Positions 41,781-50,928 of a stretch of DNA of 64,000 nt are shown one piece after another (position 1 is the stretch's first letter; every line of letters starts with the position of its first letter). The position numbers and the translations under genes are program-made. The stretch covers positions 4,677-68,676 of the forward strand of contig JAFAKE010000039.1 in the NCBI GenBank assembly GCA_019235715.1, in the 5' to 3' direction. Under the pieces are notes generated by a model. The model did not search any database. It had not been told where the DNA came from and worked only from the letters and a program-made list of their open reading frames with translations. This DNA is from Vulcanimicrobiota bacterium. Lineage in GTDB: Bacteria > Vulcanimicrobiota > Vulcanimicrobiia > Eremiobacterales > Eremiobacteraceae.

Positions 41781-44700
41781 CTATGACGCTCCCGGATACG
41801 CGTCGCACGGAGCCGCGCGAAACGCGCAGCCCCAGCACCATTCCCCTGGCCGAGCAGTCAAATCGGTAGCGCGCAGTCCCGCGCATACCGCTGCGATTCG
41901 CGCCCTGACCTCCGCCGCATCCGGCACTACCAGCGGTTCGATTGAAAAGGTGTCGCCGCTAAAACGCCCGATGGCGCAAGCGACATCGTCGAAGCCCATG
42001 ACGCGCACGGCAGCGTCGCGATAGATACCCAGCTGCAGCCCATACGCTGCCGCCGCCGTTTCACCCGTCTTGTAATCGACGATCGTCATGCGGCCGCCTG
42101 GATCGCGTGCGATCAGGTCGATGAAACCGGTCAGCACTGCACCGTCATACTCTAATGAAAACGGCGCTTCGGCTCGTTCGATGTGCCAATCGCGCAGCGC
42201 CTGGCTTGCGGCTTGAACGCCTTCGACCGCCGCGCGCCCCTGCGATCCCTTCGGGCGCACGCGCAGCTCGGCCGCAGCAGTCGCGACATAGCGTTCCGGT
42301 CTCTCAAGCCGGTCGCCGCGCATGCGCGCGCGCGCCCACTCTTCGAGGGCGCGGTGAACGAGACGTCCGAAATCACCCGCCGCGAGCAGTGCTCCGGGTT
42401 GCTGGGCGTCTTGCGCAGCAGCGTCAGCGAGGACGTCGTCGAGGTCCGTGCTGCGCTCGCCCCGCAGATCCGGCAGGCGCAGCATCGCGCGATATGTGAT
42501 GCTGCGCGGGCACTGTTCGAAGGCGTGCAGCGTCGAATACGAGAGTGGAGGAAGCGCGCGCCGGCCAGGCTGCGCGATGCGCGCTGCGACCATGCGAGCG
42601 GCTTCTGGATTCGAAAGCTCGAGGTGAGTCTGCTCCGCCAAAGGCGCAGTCGTCGCCGGCGCCCGCTCGTCGATCTGCCAATCGCGCGCGCGTAGCCACG
42701 CTTCAGTCTCGCGAACGAACACATGCGCGCTGCCTTCGCGCTTCGATCCGCGATACGCGCGCCCGCCCAGGATGTACAGCTCATCGCGCGCTCGCGTGAT
42801 CGCCACGTAGAAAAGTCTACGTTCTTCGTCGCTCGGACCGCGATCTTCATCGTCCTCATGCGGGATGTAACCGTCGGCATCCGGCTTCTTGAGCGCGTAC
42901 TCAACGTGGAAGAGCGCCGTATCATCGCGGCCGTGGCGACACAGCAAGGCTCCGCTTTCCATATCCCACCAGATGAGCGGCGCCGGTTTCTCCCGAGGCC
43001 AGGCATCGATCACGAAGACGACGGGCCACTCGAGACCTTTGGCTGCGTGCACGGTCATGATCGTCACCGCGTCGGCCGCAGGCGAGTCGGCTTCGCGATC
43101 GTCGAAGTCCACGCGCGCGATCTCGTCGACGTATGTGACGAAGTCGCGCGCCTGGGCTTGCGGGTTGCGCGCTTGAAAATCGGCAGCGAGCTCTGCTAGC
43201 TTGCGCAGATTGGCGACGGCCTGGACGTCGCCGCGCCGTTCGTAGCCGGCGATGACGCCGGCCTTTTCAAGCACGGCGGGGAACGCGACGGACAGCGAGG
43301 CGGCCGCATAGGGCTCCAACGCATCGATCGTCGTGCGCAGGTGCGCGATCCGTTCGCGGCCCTCGGCGCCGAGCTGTTCGGACAGCGGGTCGACCAAGAC
43401 GCGGCGCGCGAAGGCCGTTTCGTCTTGATCCAACCCCCGCACCAGCTGCGTCGTCGTCGAGTCCGAGAGGCCGCATGCAGGCGACGCGCACAGCCGCGCG
43501 ACGGCCTGGCCGTCCAACGGGTTGGCGAGCACGCGCAGCCATGCGATCGCGTCGCGCACTTCTTCGGCTTCGTAGAATCCGGCGCCGCCGAGCAGCCGGA
43601 ACGGTATCCCATGCGCGCGCAACGCAGCGGTGAACGGCTGCAGCAGCGTCTTGTTGCGCGACAGCAGCGCGATGTCGCGCGGCGCCCGGCCTCGGGCGAG
43701 CAGAGCCATGATGGTCTGCGCCACGGCGCGCGCTTGTGCGCTGCGGCAGTCGTCGGCATTGGGCGCCGGCTCTGCGTCGCTTGCCCAACGGCTGGAGAGA
43801 TGGACGATCTGCTCGCCAGCCGCGCCGCGCTGTGCGCGCAGCGGCGCCGCGTCGTGCGTCGCCGGTTCGATGAGGGCATGCGCCAGGTCGAGGATCTCTT
43901 GGCGCGATCGCCGGTTCTCCGTCAGCGCATACGCGCTGCTGCGCGGCAGCGCTGCAAAGCCGGCGACGTTCTGCGGCGTCGCGCCGCGAAAACCGAAGAT
44001 GCTCTGGCGCGGATCGCCGACCGCCGTGACGCGTTCGAGCTCGGCGCCGAAGAGCGTCTGCAAGAAGCGCCACTGCGCGTCGTCGGTGTCTTGAAATTCA
44101 TCGACGATGCAGTGCCGATAGCGGCCGGCCAACTCGGAGACTAGCCCGGGGTGCGCAGCGATGCCGCGGCGCGCGCGCAAGAGCAGGTCCGCATACGTCA
44201 GCGCGTGGCGCCGGCGCAGACGCCCGTCGTAGCGTGTGAAGATCTCCGCCGCCGCATGCGCGCGCGCGCGAGCGTCGGCCGCCTCGACCGCGAGCGCCTC
44301 GGGCGTCGTCTCTGCGTGCGGCTTGCGCGGCTTGTTGCCTTTCGCGCGCCTGCGGATGACGTGATGGGGAATGCGCTCGATTTCGCCTGCCGCGGCGAGC
44401 GCGCCGTCGAGAAAATGCTTGACCGGCACGTCGCGCTCTTTGAGCTGCTGCGCGATCGCGAACAATCCGTCGCGCAGCGGGTCGCGATGGAACGGACGCA
44501 GCGGGAACGCGCTCGCATCGACGTCGTCCGCGTAGACCACTTCGTCGAACGCCGCGCGGAACTCAAGGCGCGCGTCGACATCTTCGATGACCGTCGCGTC
44601 CGGCGAGACTTTGAGATCGTACGCATGCTGGCTCAACACGCTCGAAGCAAATGCGTGGAAGGTCGCGCACAACGGCGGCTCGACCTCAGGCCCCAAGCGC

Positions 44701-44945
44701 TCGAGGACGCGGCGGCGAAGCTCTGCCGCAGCTTTGCGCGCAAAGGTGAGCAGTAAGATATGCTTGGCTTCGCAGATGCCGTTGCGATGGAGGTATTCGA
44801 CCCTATTGATGATCGTGTACGTCTTGCCGGTGCCGGCGCCGGCGTCGACGATCGCAGGCGCGTCAAGCGGATGCTCGGCGACCGCTTGCTGCTCGACGGT
44901 CGCGCTGGTGCGGGGGGTGTGCTTTTTCGCGACGTCAGACTTCAT
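41781..44945 (-). CDS. UvrD-type helicase / PD-(D/E)XK nuclease subunit (AdnB/AddA-like)
   Basis: Walker A AGAGTGKT, motif II IVDEFQDTD, TVHAAKGLEWPVVF and YVAITRAR. Nuclease motifs GFIDLI...IVDYKTG and QLGIY. Cys set EQCP...CWGCAFRAAPC. ATG 44945 overlaps the upstream stop (ATGA). Confidence 0.88.
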   Translation of the reverse strand: MKSDVAKKHTPRTSATVEQQAVAEHPLDAPAIVDAGAGTGKTYTIINRVEYLHRNGICEAKHILLLTFARKAAAELRRRVLERLGPEVEPPLCATFHAFASSVLSQHAYDLKVSPDATVIEDVDARLEFRAAFDEVVYADDVDASAFPLRPFHRDPLRDGLFAIAQQLKERDVPVKHFLDGALAAAGEIERIPHHVIRRRAKGNKPRKPHAETTPEALAVEAADARARAHAAAEIFTRYDGRLRRRHALTYADLLLRARRGIAAHPGLVSELAGRYRHCIVDEFQDTDDAQWRFLQTLFGAELERVTAVGDPRQSIFGFRGATPQNVAGFAALPRSSAYALTENRRSRQEILDLAHALIEPATHDAAPLRAQRGAAGEQIVHLSSRWASDAEPAPNADDCRSAQARAVAQTIMALLARGRAPRDIALLSRNKTLLQPFTAALRAHGIPFRLLGGAGFYEAEEVRDAIAWLRVLANPLDGQAVARLCASPACGLSDSTTTQLVRGLDQDETAFARRVLVDPLSEQLGAEGRERIAHLRTTIDALEPYAAASLSVAFPAVLEKAGVIAGYERRGDVQAVANLRKLAELAADFQARNPQAQARDFVTYVDEIARVDFDDREADSPAADAVTIMTVHAAKGLEWPVVFVIDAWPREKPAPLIWWDMESGALLCRHGRDDTALFHVEYALKKPDADGYIPHEDDEDRGPSDEERRLFYVAITRARDELYILGGRAYRGSKREGSAHVFVRETEAWLRARDWQIDERAPATTAPLAEQTHLELSNPEAARMVAARIAQPGRRALPPLSYSTLHAFEQCPRSITYRAMLRLPDLRGERSTDLDDVLADAAAQDAQQPGALLAAGDFGRLVHRALEEWARARMRGDRLERPERYVATAAAELRVRPKGSQGRAAVEGVQAASQALRDWHIERAEAPFSLEYDGAVLTGFIDLIARDPGGRMTIVDYKTGETAAAAYGLQLGIYRDAAVRVMGFDDVACAIGRFSGDTFSIEPLVVPDAAEVRARIAAVCAGLRATDLTARPGEWCWGCAFRAAPCDAYPGAS

Positions 44946-47900
44946 GGCGCCACCGCCAGCGCGCCCGGACACGCGGACACGAAATCGCAGAAGCGGCAGG
45001 TTTCGCCGTCGGATGCCGTCGCAAACGCCGTCAGGCGTCCCGCTGCAAGGTCGCGCGCGACAGCCGCAGCGATTTCGATCTGGGCGCGCTCGACTTCGCC
45101 GTCAGTCAGCGCATCAGCGCGGGCATCTGCATCCGACCGCGCGATGAGAACCGAATCGGTCGCGATCTCCTGCGGGCGCTTGTCAGCCCCGCGGAAGTAC
45201 AGATACTCGACGCGCACCACGCGCTCACCGAATGCCGCCTGCGCTCCAGGGATGTAGAGCAGCGTCTGCACGTTGAGTCCGCGCGGCAGCGTGCCCGCAA
45301 CCGTTTCTCCGCGCCCGCGCCGCTCGAGCACATCGCGGATCGTGGTGACCGTGGCGGGTCGCGCCTTGCCGCTTTTGTAGTCGCGAATCGCAAGACCGCC
45401 GCCTGCGAGACGGTCGACGCGGTCGGCGCGGCCGCGGAAGCGTACGCCGCCGATCTGCGCTTCAAGTCTTATCTCGCACGCGAGGACCTCGAAAGGTGCC
45501 GCGCCGCTCTCGACGACGAGCCAACGCAGGTACTTGTCCATGTATTGGTGGCCGATCGCGCGCAGGTAGCGGATGAAGTTGGATTCCACCGGCAGCCCGT
45601 GACGGCGGGCCACCGACTCGACCGCGTCGTTCATCGAGGCGGTCAAATCCGCGCGCCATCTTGCCTGCAATTCCGCCGGAACCGTCGTGACAGTGAAATC
45701 GCGATGCGCGTCGTGGAATTGCGCAAGCGCGACGTGCAGCATCGTGCCCATCAGCGTGGTTTCTGGATCGCGTTCCGGCTCGAGGCGCAACACTTCCTGA
45801 TAGAAGAAGCGCCGCGGGCACGTGAGGAACGTCTCCACCAACGACGGGCTGAGATGATCTACGTCATAGGTCAGCGCGCTGCGCGCCTGGATCTGTCGAG
45901 CGCCGTCCGCTGGCCACGCTTCGCTCGGCTGCAGGAGAGGGAGGGGGTGCGCGGCTTCGCCCGCGCCGAGCGGCGACGCGAACGGGGAGAGCGGAAGCTC
46001 GATATCGTCGCGATCGGCGCGCGCGGCGCTGACGACGACGTGCCGGCGAGCGCGCGTAAGCGCGACGTACCAGAGCGAGCACTCTTCTGTGAAGGCTTCG
46101 TCGTCGCCGGCGAACAGCGATGGCGCCAGGCGCCGCAGCGCGCGCTCGGAAGACAGCGAGAGCAGCGCATGACCGCGGCCGCGCTGCGGCAGAACGCCGT
46201 CGATCGCCTGCGGCACGATAACCGCGTCGAATTCGAGGCCTTTCGCCGCGTGGATCGACATGACGCGCACGCCCTCAGCCTCGGGCGGCGGCACTTGCGC
46301 GGGGTCGTCGAGCAACCCCGCGATCTCCTCGATGTCGGCGACGAAGCGCGCCGCTTCGATGCGTCCGTCGCCGAGCGCGCGCGCTGATGACTCGAGGTCT
46401 TGCGCCGCTTCGAGCAACGCGTCGAGCCGCAGCGGCGAGGAGCGCGCGTCCCAGCCGGGCGGCGAGGAATCGTCCCGGATCGCGCGCAGCACGTCGAGTT
46501 CGCGCGCGGCCGCGACGACGACGGACGCGATGCCAGCCGTGCTGGCGATGCGCTCGACGCGCCGCCACGCGGCGAGAAATTCGGCGAACGGACGAATGCC
46601 CTCAGGCGGCAACGCTTGCAAGGCGCGCAACGGGCTGCGTTCGCCGTCGCGGCGCGCACGATCGAATGCCATGCGCACGGAGATCGCGCGGTAGCCGACC
46701 AGTGGATTGGTGAGCAGCCGCGTCCACAGCGCTTCGTCGGAAGGATCGGCCAGCGTGCGCAACGTCGCGAGCACTGCGCTGACCGCCGCGTCTTCGAGAA
46801 AGCCCGCCGCTGGGCGCGCCGCAACCGGGATGCCTGCTTGGTCGAGCTCGCTGACGATCGCGCTGGTATAGGGCTCGCTCACGCGCAGAAGGATTGCGAT
46901 CTCGCGCGCGGCCGTGCCCTCAAGCAGCATCTGCGCAACCGTGCTGCGAACCTGCGCGACCTCCGCGTCAGGTGAGGCGGTGCGCAGCAGCCGCACGGAG
47001 CCGGCCAGCGCAAGATTTTCGGCTTGTGTGAGCGACGCCGGATCCATCTTCGGTGTCCGGTTGGCCACGTCGAGAATCGCTTGCGCCGAGCGCCGGTTCG
47101 TGCTCAGCGTCAGCTGCTCGCAGCGAAAAACCTGGCGTGCGATGCCGATGTTCTCGGGCGACGCCCCGCGGAAGCGATAGATCGACTGGTTGAAATCGCC
47201 GACGAAGCAGATCTCCGGTGCCGGCGGTTTGCGTAAACGCGCAGGTCCTGCGAGCACTTCGAGCAGCCGTAGCTGCAGCTTGTCGCTATCCTGGAATTCG
47301 TCGACGAGGATGTGTGCAAAGCCGCCGCGTTCGCGCAGCCAGCGTGCAGCGGGACTTTGCGGTTTGGCAAGCTCCTCAAGCGCGTCTTGGACGAGATCGC
47401 GAAAATCCGAGAGTTCGAGCCGGCGACGATCCTCATCGAGCGCGCGATATAGCGCCGCGATGTCGGCAAGCCGCACATCGCTTTCGCCGGCGCGCGCCAG
47501 ATCGGCCGGCGACAAGCCGTAGCCCTTGAGCTGGGCGATGAGGTTGAGCGCGTCGGCCGCGAAGGCGGGGCTCGTGCGCACGTCTTCGTCGAACGAGCGC
47601 AGGGGCGTGCGCGCAGCGACGCGCTTCCAGAGCAGGCGCTCTTTGACGGGCGTCAGCAGATTGCGCTCGCGAAAGCGCGGGCCGTCGCCGTCGAGCAGGC
47701 GGGCGCAAAAACTGTGGAAGGTGCGCACGAACAGCTCGCTGACCGCCAGTTCTTTGCCGGTCCGCTCGCGCAAGCGCAGCACGACGCGTTCGAGCATCTG
47801 CTCGGCTGCGCGTCGCGAAAACGTCAGGACCAGAATCGCGCTCGGGTCGACGCCGTCATCGACCGCCAGCGACGCGAAGCGCCGGGCAAGCGTCTCTGTC

Positions 47901-47992
47901 TTCCCAGTGCCTGGGCCCGCGAGGACCAACAGATGGCTGCCGCGGTGTTCGATGACCGCGCGTTGTTGCGCTGTCGGTTCGAATGATTGCAT
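44942..47992 (-). CDS. UvrD-type helicase / PD-(D/E)XK nuclease subunit (AdnA/AddB-like)
   Basis: Walker A AGPGTGKT, ILVDEFQDSD, SIHAAKGLEFDAVIV and YVALTRARR. Nuclease motifs GRADRVD...IRDYKSGK and QTLLY. Cys set LTCP...CRFCDFVSAC. Confidence 0.88.
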   Translation of the reverse strand: MQSFEPTAQQRAVIEHRGSHLLVLAGPGTGKTETLARRFASLAVDDGVDPSAILVLTFSRRAAEQMLERVVLRLRERTGKELAVSELFVRTFHSFCARLLDGDGPRFRERNLLTPVKERLLWKRVAARTPLRSFDEDVRTSPAFAADALNLIAQLKGYGLSPADLARAGESDVRLADIAALYRALDEDRRRLELSDFRDLVQDALEELAKPQSPAARWLRERGGFAHILVDEFQDSDKLQLRLLEVLAGPARLRKPPAPEICFVGDFNQSIYRFRGASPENIGIARQVFRCEQLTLSTNRRSAQAILDVANRTPKMDPASLTQAENLALAGSVRLLRTASPDAEVAQVRSTVAQMLLEGTAAREIAILLRVSEPYTSAIVSELDQAGIPVAARPAAGFLEDAAVSAVLATLRTLADPSDEALWTRLLTNPLVGYRAISVRMAFDRARRDGERSPLRALQALPPEGIRPFAEFLAAWRRVERIASTAGIASVVVAAARELDVLRAIRDDSSPPGWDARSSPLRLDALLEAAQDLESSARALGDGRIEAARFVADIEEIAGLLDDPAQVPPPEAEGVRVMSIHAAKGLEFDAVIVPQAIDGVLPQRGRGHALLSLSSERALRRLAPSLFAGDDEAFTEECSLWYVALTRARRHVVVSAARADRDDIELPLSPFASPLGAGEAAHPLPLLQPSEAWPADGARQIQARSALTYDVDHLSPSLVETFLTCPRRFFYQEVLRLEPERDPETTLMGTMLHVALAQFHDAHRDFTVTTVPAELQARWRADLTASMNDAVESVARRHGLPVESNFIRYLRAIGHQYMDKYLRWLVVESGAAPFEVLACEIRLEAQIGGVRFRGRADRVDRLAGGGLAIRDYKSGKARPATVTTIRDVLERRGRGETVAGTLPRGLNVQTLLYIPGAQAAFGERVVRVEYLYFRGADKRPQEIATDSVLIARSDADARADALTDGEVERAQIEIAAAVARDLAAGRLTAFATASDGETCRFCDFVSACPGALAVAP

Positions 47993-48030
47993 GCGCTTGT
48001 ATCATTGGCGTCGAAACAGCGCATATCATC

Positions 48031-48909
48031 GTGAAGCGTCTTCTCACAAGCGGCGGATTGATCGCGCTGACGCTGGCGGCAGCGGCGCTCGCTTTCGCGG
48101 CGCCGTCCCCCTCGCCTACTCCGACGCCGGCACCGTCACCATCGCGCACGCCCGTGCAGGTCGAAGATCTGAGCGCCGACCAGATCATGATCAACGCGGA
48201 AAAGGCGACACGCGCGCACGCGCATCCGTACTTCATCACCTACGAGATGCACGAGATCTTCGATCATCACTGGCAGCGAGAAATCGACGATTACCGAGTC
48301 TGGTATCGCGGCGACGGCAAAGGCCTCATGCAGAGCATCAATAAGGATCACTGGGGCCGGGCCGACACATATTTCGGCTATCCGTTCCCCTCGGCGCCCG
48401 ATAACGACATCCTCTTATATGCGACGCCCGATCCGGCGCTGACGCCGCCGCCGTCAGCCAGTCCTGGACCGCTGGCATCGGGTGCGACCGCGCCGCCGGT
48501 GATTTCGGTGCAGCCCGTGGTCGGCGATCGCTACTATTCCGTCAAGCTCGTCGCCATCGAGGACTACAACGGCAAGCCCGTCTATCATCTGGCGATGCAC
48601 GCGCTGCGTGACGAGCGAGCGCATCCCTGGAAAGACCTGTGGATAGACGCAACCACGTTTGATGTGTTGCGCGCGCACGCGCACGCCTCGGGCTCAAAGG
48701 GACCTGGCACCGGCACCCTTGACGCGACCGTCGAGTTCGAGCAAGTAGGCCAATACTGGCTTGTCGCCCATGCGATCGGCGACGGCGAAGTGCACGTCGG
48801 CCCGTTCGGGGACAGCGGCCACTACGAATACACGTTCCACGATTTCGGCTTTCCTGCCACTATCCCGGACTGGTACTTCGACCCCAAGGCGTTCAAGCAA
48901 CACCACTAA
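48031..48909 (+). CDS. secreted hypothetical protein (Pro-rich linker, His-rich)
   Basis: GTG at 48031 gives the signal peptide VKRLLTSGGLIALTLAAAALAFA. GC3-rich. No family recognised. Confidence 0.65.
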   Translation: MKRLLTSGGLIALTLAAAALAFAAPSPSPTPTPAPSPSRTPVQVEDLSADQIMINAEKATRAHAHPYFITYEMHEIFDHHWQREIDDYRVWYRGDGKGLMQSINKDHWGRADTYFGYPFPSAPDNDILLYATPDPALTPPPSASPGPLASGATAPPVISVQPVVGDRYYSVKLVAIEDYNGKPVYHLAMHALRDERAHPWKDLWIDATTFDVLRAHAHASGSKGPGTGTLDATVEFEQVGQYWLVAHAIGDGEVHVGPFGDSGHYEYTFHDFGFPATIPDWYFDPKAFKQHH

Positions 48910-49017
48910 TCCGACATACGAACAGGGTTGCAGGAGGGGCCGCTCCAGGAAGGCCCTGCGCGCGCCAGCGAACCAAGCGGCAACATTTCAGAACCGATCG
49001 ACCGTAGGAGGCACTTC

Positions 49018-49734
49018 GTGAAACGTCTCGGGATTTATGTATTCGCGGCGATGTTCATTTTGGCGTTTTCGGCAAGCGCAGCGCTCGCCGGGCCGAACGT
49101 CACCGGCAATTGGACCGTTGAGCAAACGGGCGCCAATGGGTCCTCGTCAGGGACCGTATCGCTGACGCAAACCGGCAATTCATTCGTCGGTATGAACAAG
49201 CAGACCGGAACCAGCTTCTCCGGCAAGTACTGCACGCCAAACGTCGACAAAGGCTGCACGAGCGACATGCAGATCAATGGCATGTGGCGCGACCATACGG
49301 GCGGCACAGGCTGGCTGACGGTCTATGTCAGTCCCAACGGGCACAGCATGAACGGCTCGTGGGGCTACAACGGCCGTAAAGAAAACGGGACGTTCGTCGC
49401 CAACCGCATCCTGCCGCCGATCAAGATCACGACCGCTGGTAATTGGAACGTCGCATACGCGGGCGGTGCGAACATATTCAGCGGCCCGATGAACTGCACC
49501 GAGTCGGGTCCGTCGTCGCTGTGCAAGCTCAGCGGCGCGACGCTCGATGGCAAATTCCGCACGTCGAACAAGGTTCGCTACCATTGGACCAGCGCGAAGC
49601 AAAACGGATGGTTCTCGTTCTGGTTCAACGATGACGGCCAGAGCTTCAACGGCCAGTGGGGCTACGGCCCGGACACGACGCCCGTCATGGGCCGTGTCGT
49701 CGGCCAGCGCAACGGACCGCCGGCGCGCCAATAA
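49018..49734 (+). CDS. secreted hypothetical protein with two related halves
   Basis: GTG at 49018 lies 7 nt after TAGGAGG. A signal peptide is present. Both halves begin GNW(T/N)V and end ...S(M/F)NG.WGY. Confidence 0.7.
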   Translation: MKRLGIYVFAAMFILAFSASAALAGPNVTGNWTVEQTGANGSSSGTVSLTQTGNSFVGMNKQTGTSFSGKYCTPNVDKGCTSDMQINGMWRDHTGGTGWLTVYVSPNGHSMNGSWGYNGRKENGTFVANRILPPIKITTAGNWNVAYAGGANIFSGPMNCTESGPSSLCKLSGATLDGKFRTSNKVRYHWTSAKQNGWFSFWFNDDGQSFNGQWGYGPDTTPVMGRVVGQRNGPPARQ

Positions 49735-49780
49735 GCGGACGGTCATACCCAGAGTCGCGTAGGCACACGCGAATGACAAG

Positions 49781-49815
49781 GCGCCGGGCTCGAGAGCCCG
49801 GCGCTTTGGTTTTTC
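49781..49815 (+). terminator. rho-independent terminator
   Basis: gcgccgggc-tcgaga-gcccggcgc forms a perfect 9-bp GC stem followed by tttggttttt. It lies between convergent genes. Confidence 0.75.
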
Positions 49816-49828
49816 ACAGCGATTATTT

Positions 49829-50581
49829 CTACGATATCTGGGTGAGGATCTGGCGGCACAGGGTCTTGAGCACCGGATCGCTCGTGTAACGCGCCGCCGT
49901 TTCAAAGAGCGTGCGCGCGGACGACACGTCGCCTTGGCGCAGGCTGATCGCGCCGCGTAAGAAGTACGCCTTTGCGTAGGTGGCGTTGAGCTTGAGCGCC
50001 GCTTCGCCCTCGTTTTCAGCGGCCACGAGATTCCCGGTCCGGTATTCGGCAAGCGCGAGGTTGTAGTGCGCCTGCGTGTACTGCGGGTGCAGCAGCGACG
50101 CCACCGTGAAATCCTTGATCGCCTCGTCCGGCTTACCCTCGACGAAGTGCGAAAGCCCGAGGTCGAAGTGCGCGCGCACCGAGTCCGGATGCGCCGACAG
50201 GATCTGCGTGAAGATCGCTTGCGCTTCGCTCACTTCATTAAGCGCGAGATAGGTGACCGCGAGATTGAACAGCGCCGGCACGAAATCGGGCTGATCCTTG
50301 AGACAGGTCTTGAGCTCGTCGGCGGCCGCCCCATACTTGGCAAGGGCGAAGAGGTCGAGCGCACGATCGTAACGCGCTTTGACGTCTTGCGGCTCGAGCT
50401 GCAGCGCGGCGTCGAACTTTCCGATCGAGTCCGCATACGCACCGCGGTGATACAGGTCGATGCCCTCGCCGACGAGCGTATCGACGCGCCACTGTCTGAA
50501 GAAGCTGTCGGCGCTCACGCCGGCGCGCGCGCTGTCGGCGATCGCGATCGCTACGAACAGAGCGACAGCGAAGCGCTTCAC
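49829..50581 (-). CDS. exported tetratricopeptide (TPR) repeat protein
   Basis: GTG 50581 overlaps the upstream stop (GTGA). Signal peptide VKRFAVALFVAIAIADSARA, then about 6 TPR-like 34-aa repeats (e.g. AHYNLALAEYRTGNLVAAENEGEAALKLNATYAKAYF). Confidence 0.8.
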   Translation of the reverse strand: MKRFAVALFVAIAIADSARAGVSADSFFRQWRVDTLVGEGIDLYHRGAYADSIGKFDAALQLEPQDVKARYDRALDLFALAKYGAAADELKTCLKDQPDFVPALFNLAVTYLALNEVSEAQAIFTQILSAHPDSVRAHFDLGLSHFVEGKPDEAIKDFTVASLLHPQYTQAHYNLALAEYRTGNLVAAENEGEAALKLNATYAKAYFLRGAISLRQGDVSSARTLFETAARYTSDPVLKTLCRQILTQIS

Positions 50582-50928
50582 GGCGCGCCCTCCGGCGCTT
50601 GCACGCCGCCGTAACCGCCGCCGGCGAACGGATCGTGGTAGGGGCGCCAACGCGTGTATTGTCCGCCGATCATCGTCGGCGCGAAGACTTCGTTTTGCGC
50701 CGCCGTATCGGAGGCGCCGCCCGGGCCGATCGGATCGATGAGCCGGTATTGCCCCTCGTCGTCGGGCCCGGCGGGGCCGGCAAGCCCGCGGTCGACGAGC
50801 GACAGAGCGGCCGCTTGCGGTTGCGCCGCCGCGGTCGCGACACTGAGCTGCGAGTCACGCGTCGATCCGCCGAACAGCGCGAACGCGGCGATGACGCACA
50901 CACAGACCGCCATCGAAAGTTTCTTCAT
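50578..50928 (-). CDS. small secreted Gly/Pro-rich protein (116 aa)
   Basis: ATG 50928 overlaps the kinase stop (ATGA). Signal peptide MKKLSMAVCVCVIAAFALFGG. Confidence 0.65.
   Translation of the reverse strand: MKKLSMAVCVCVIAAFALFGGSTRDSQLSVATAAAQPQAAALSLVDRGLAGPAGPDDEGQYRLIDPIGPGGASDTAAQNEVFAPTMIGGQYTRWRPYHDPFAGGGYGGVQAPEGAP

Noticed and set aside
41781-47992. The two large helicase-nuclease genes as a possible anti-phage defence system (Gabija, Nhi or Hachiman-like).
   Set aside because: The architecture (two ~1000-aa UvrD-motor plus RecB/Cas4-type nuclease subunits, translationally coupled) matches AddAB/AdnAB end-resection enzymes. No defence-island neighbours (methylases, Abi, toxin-antitoxin or mobile genes) are present.
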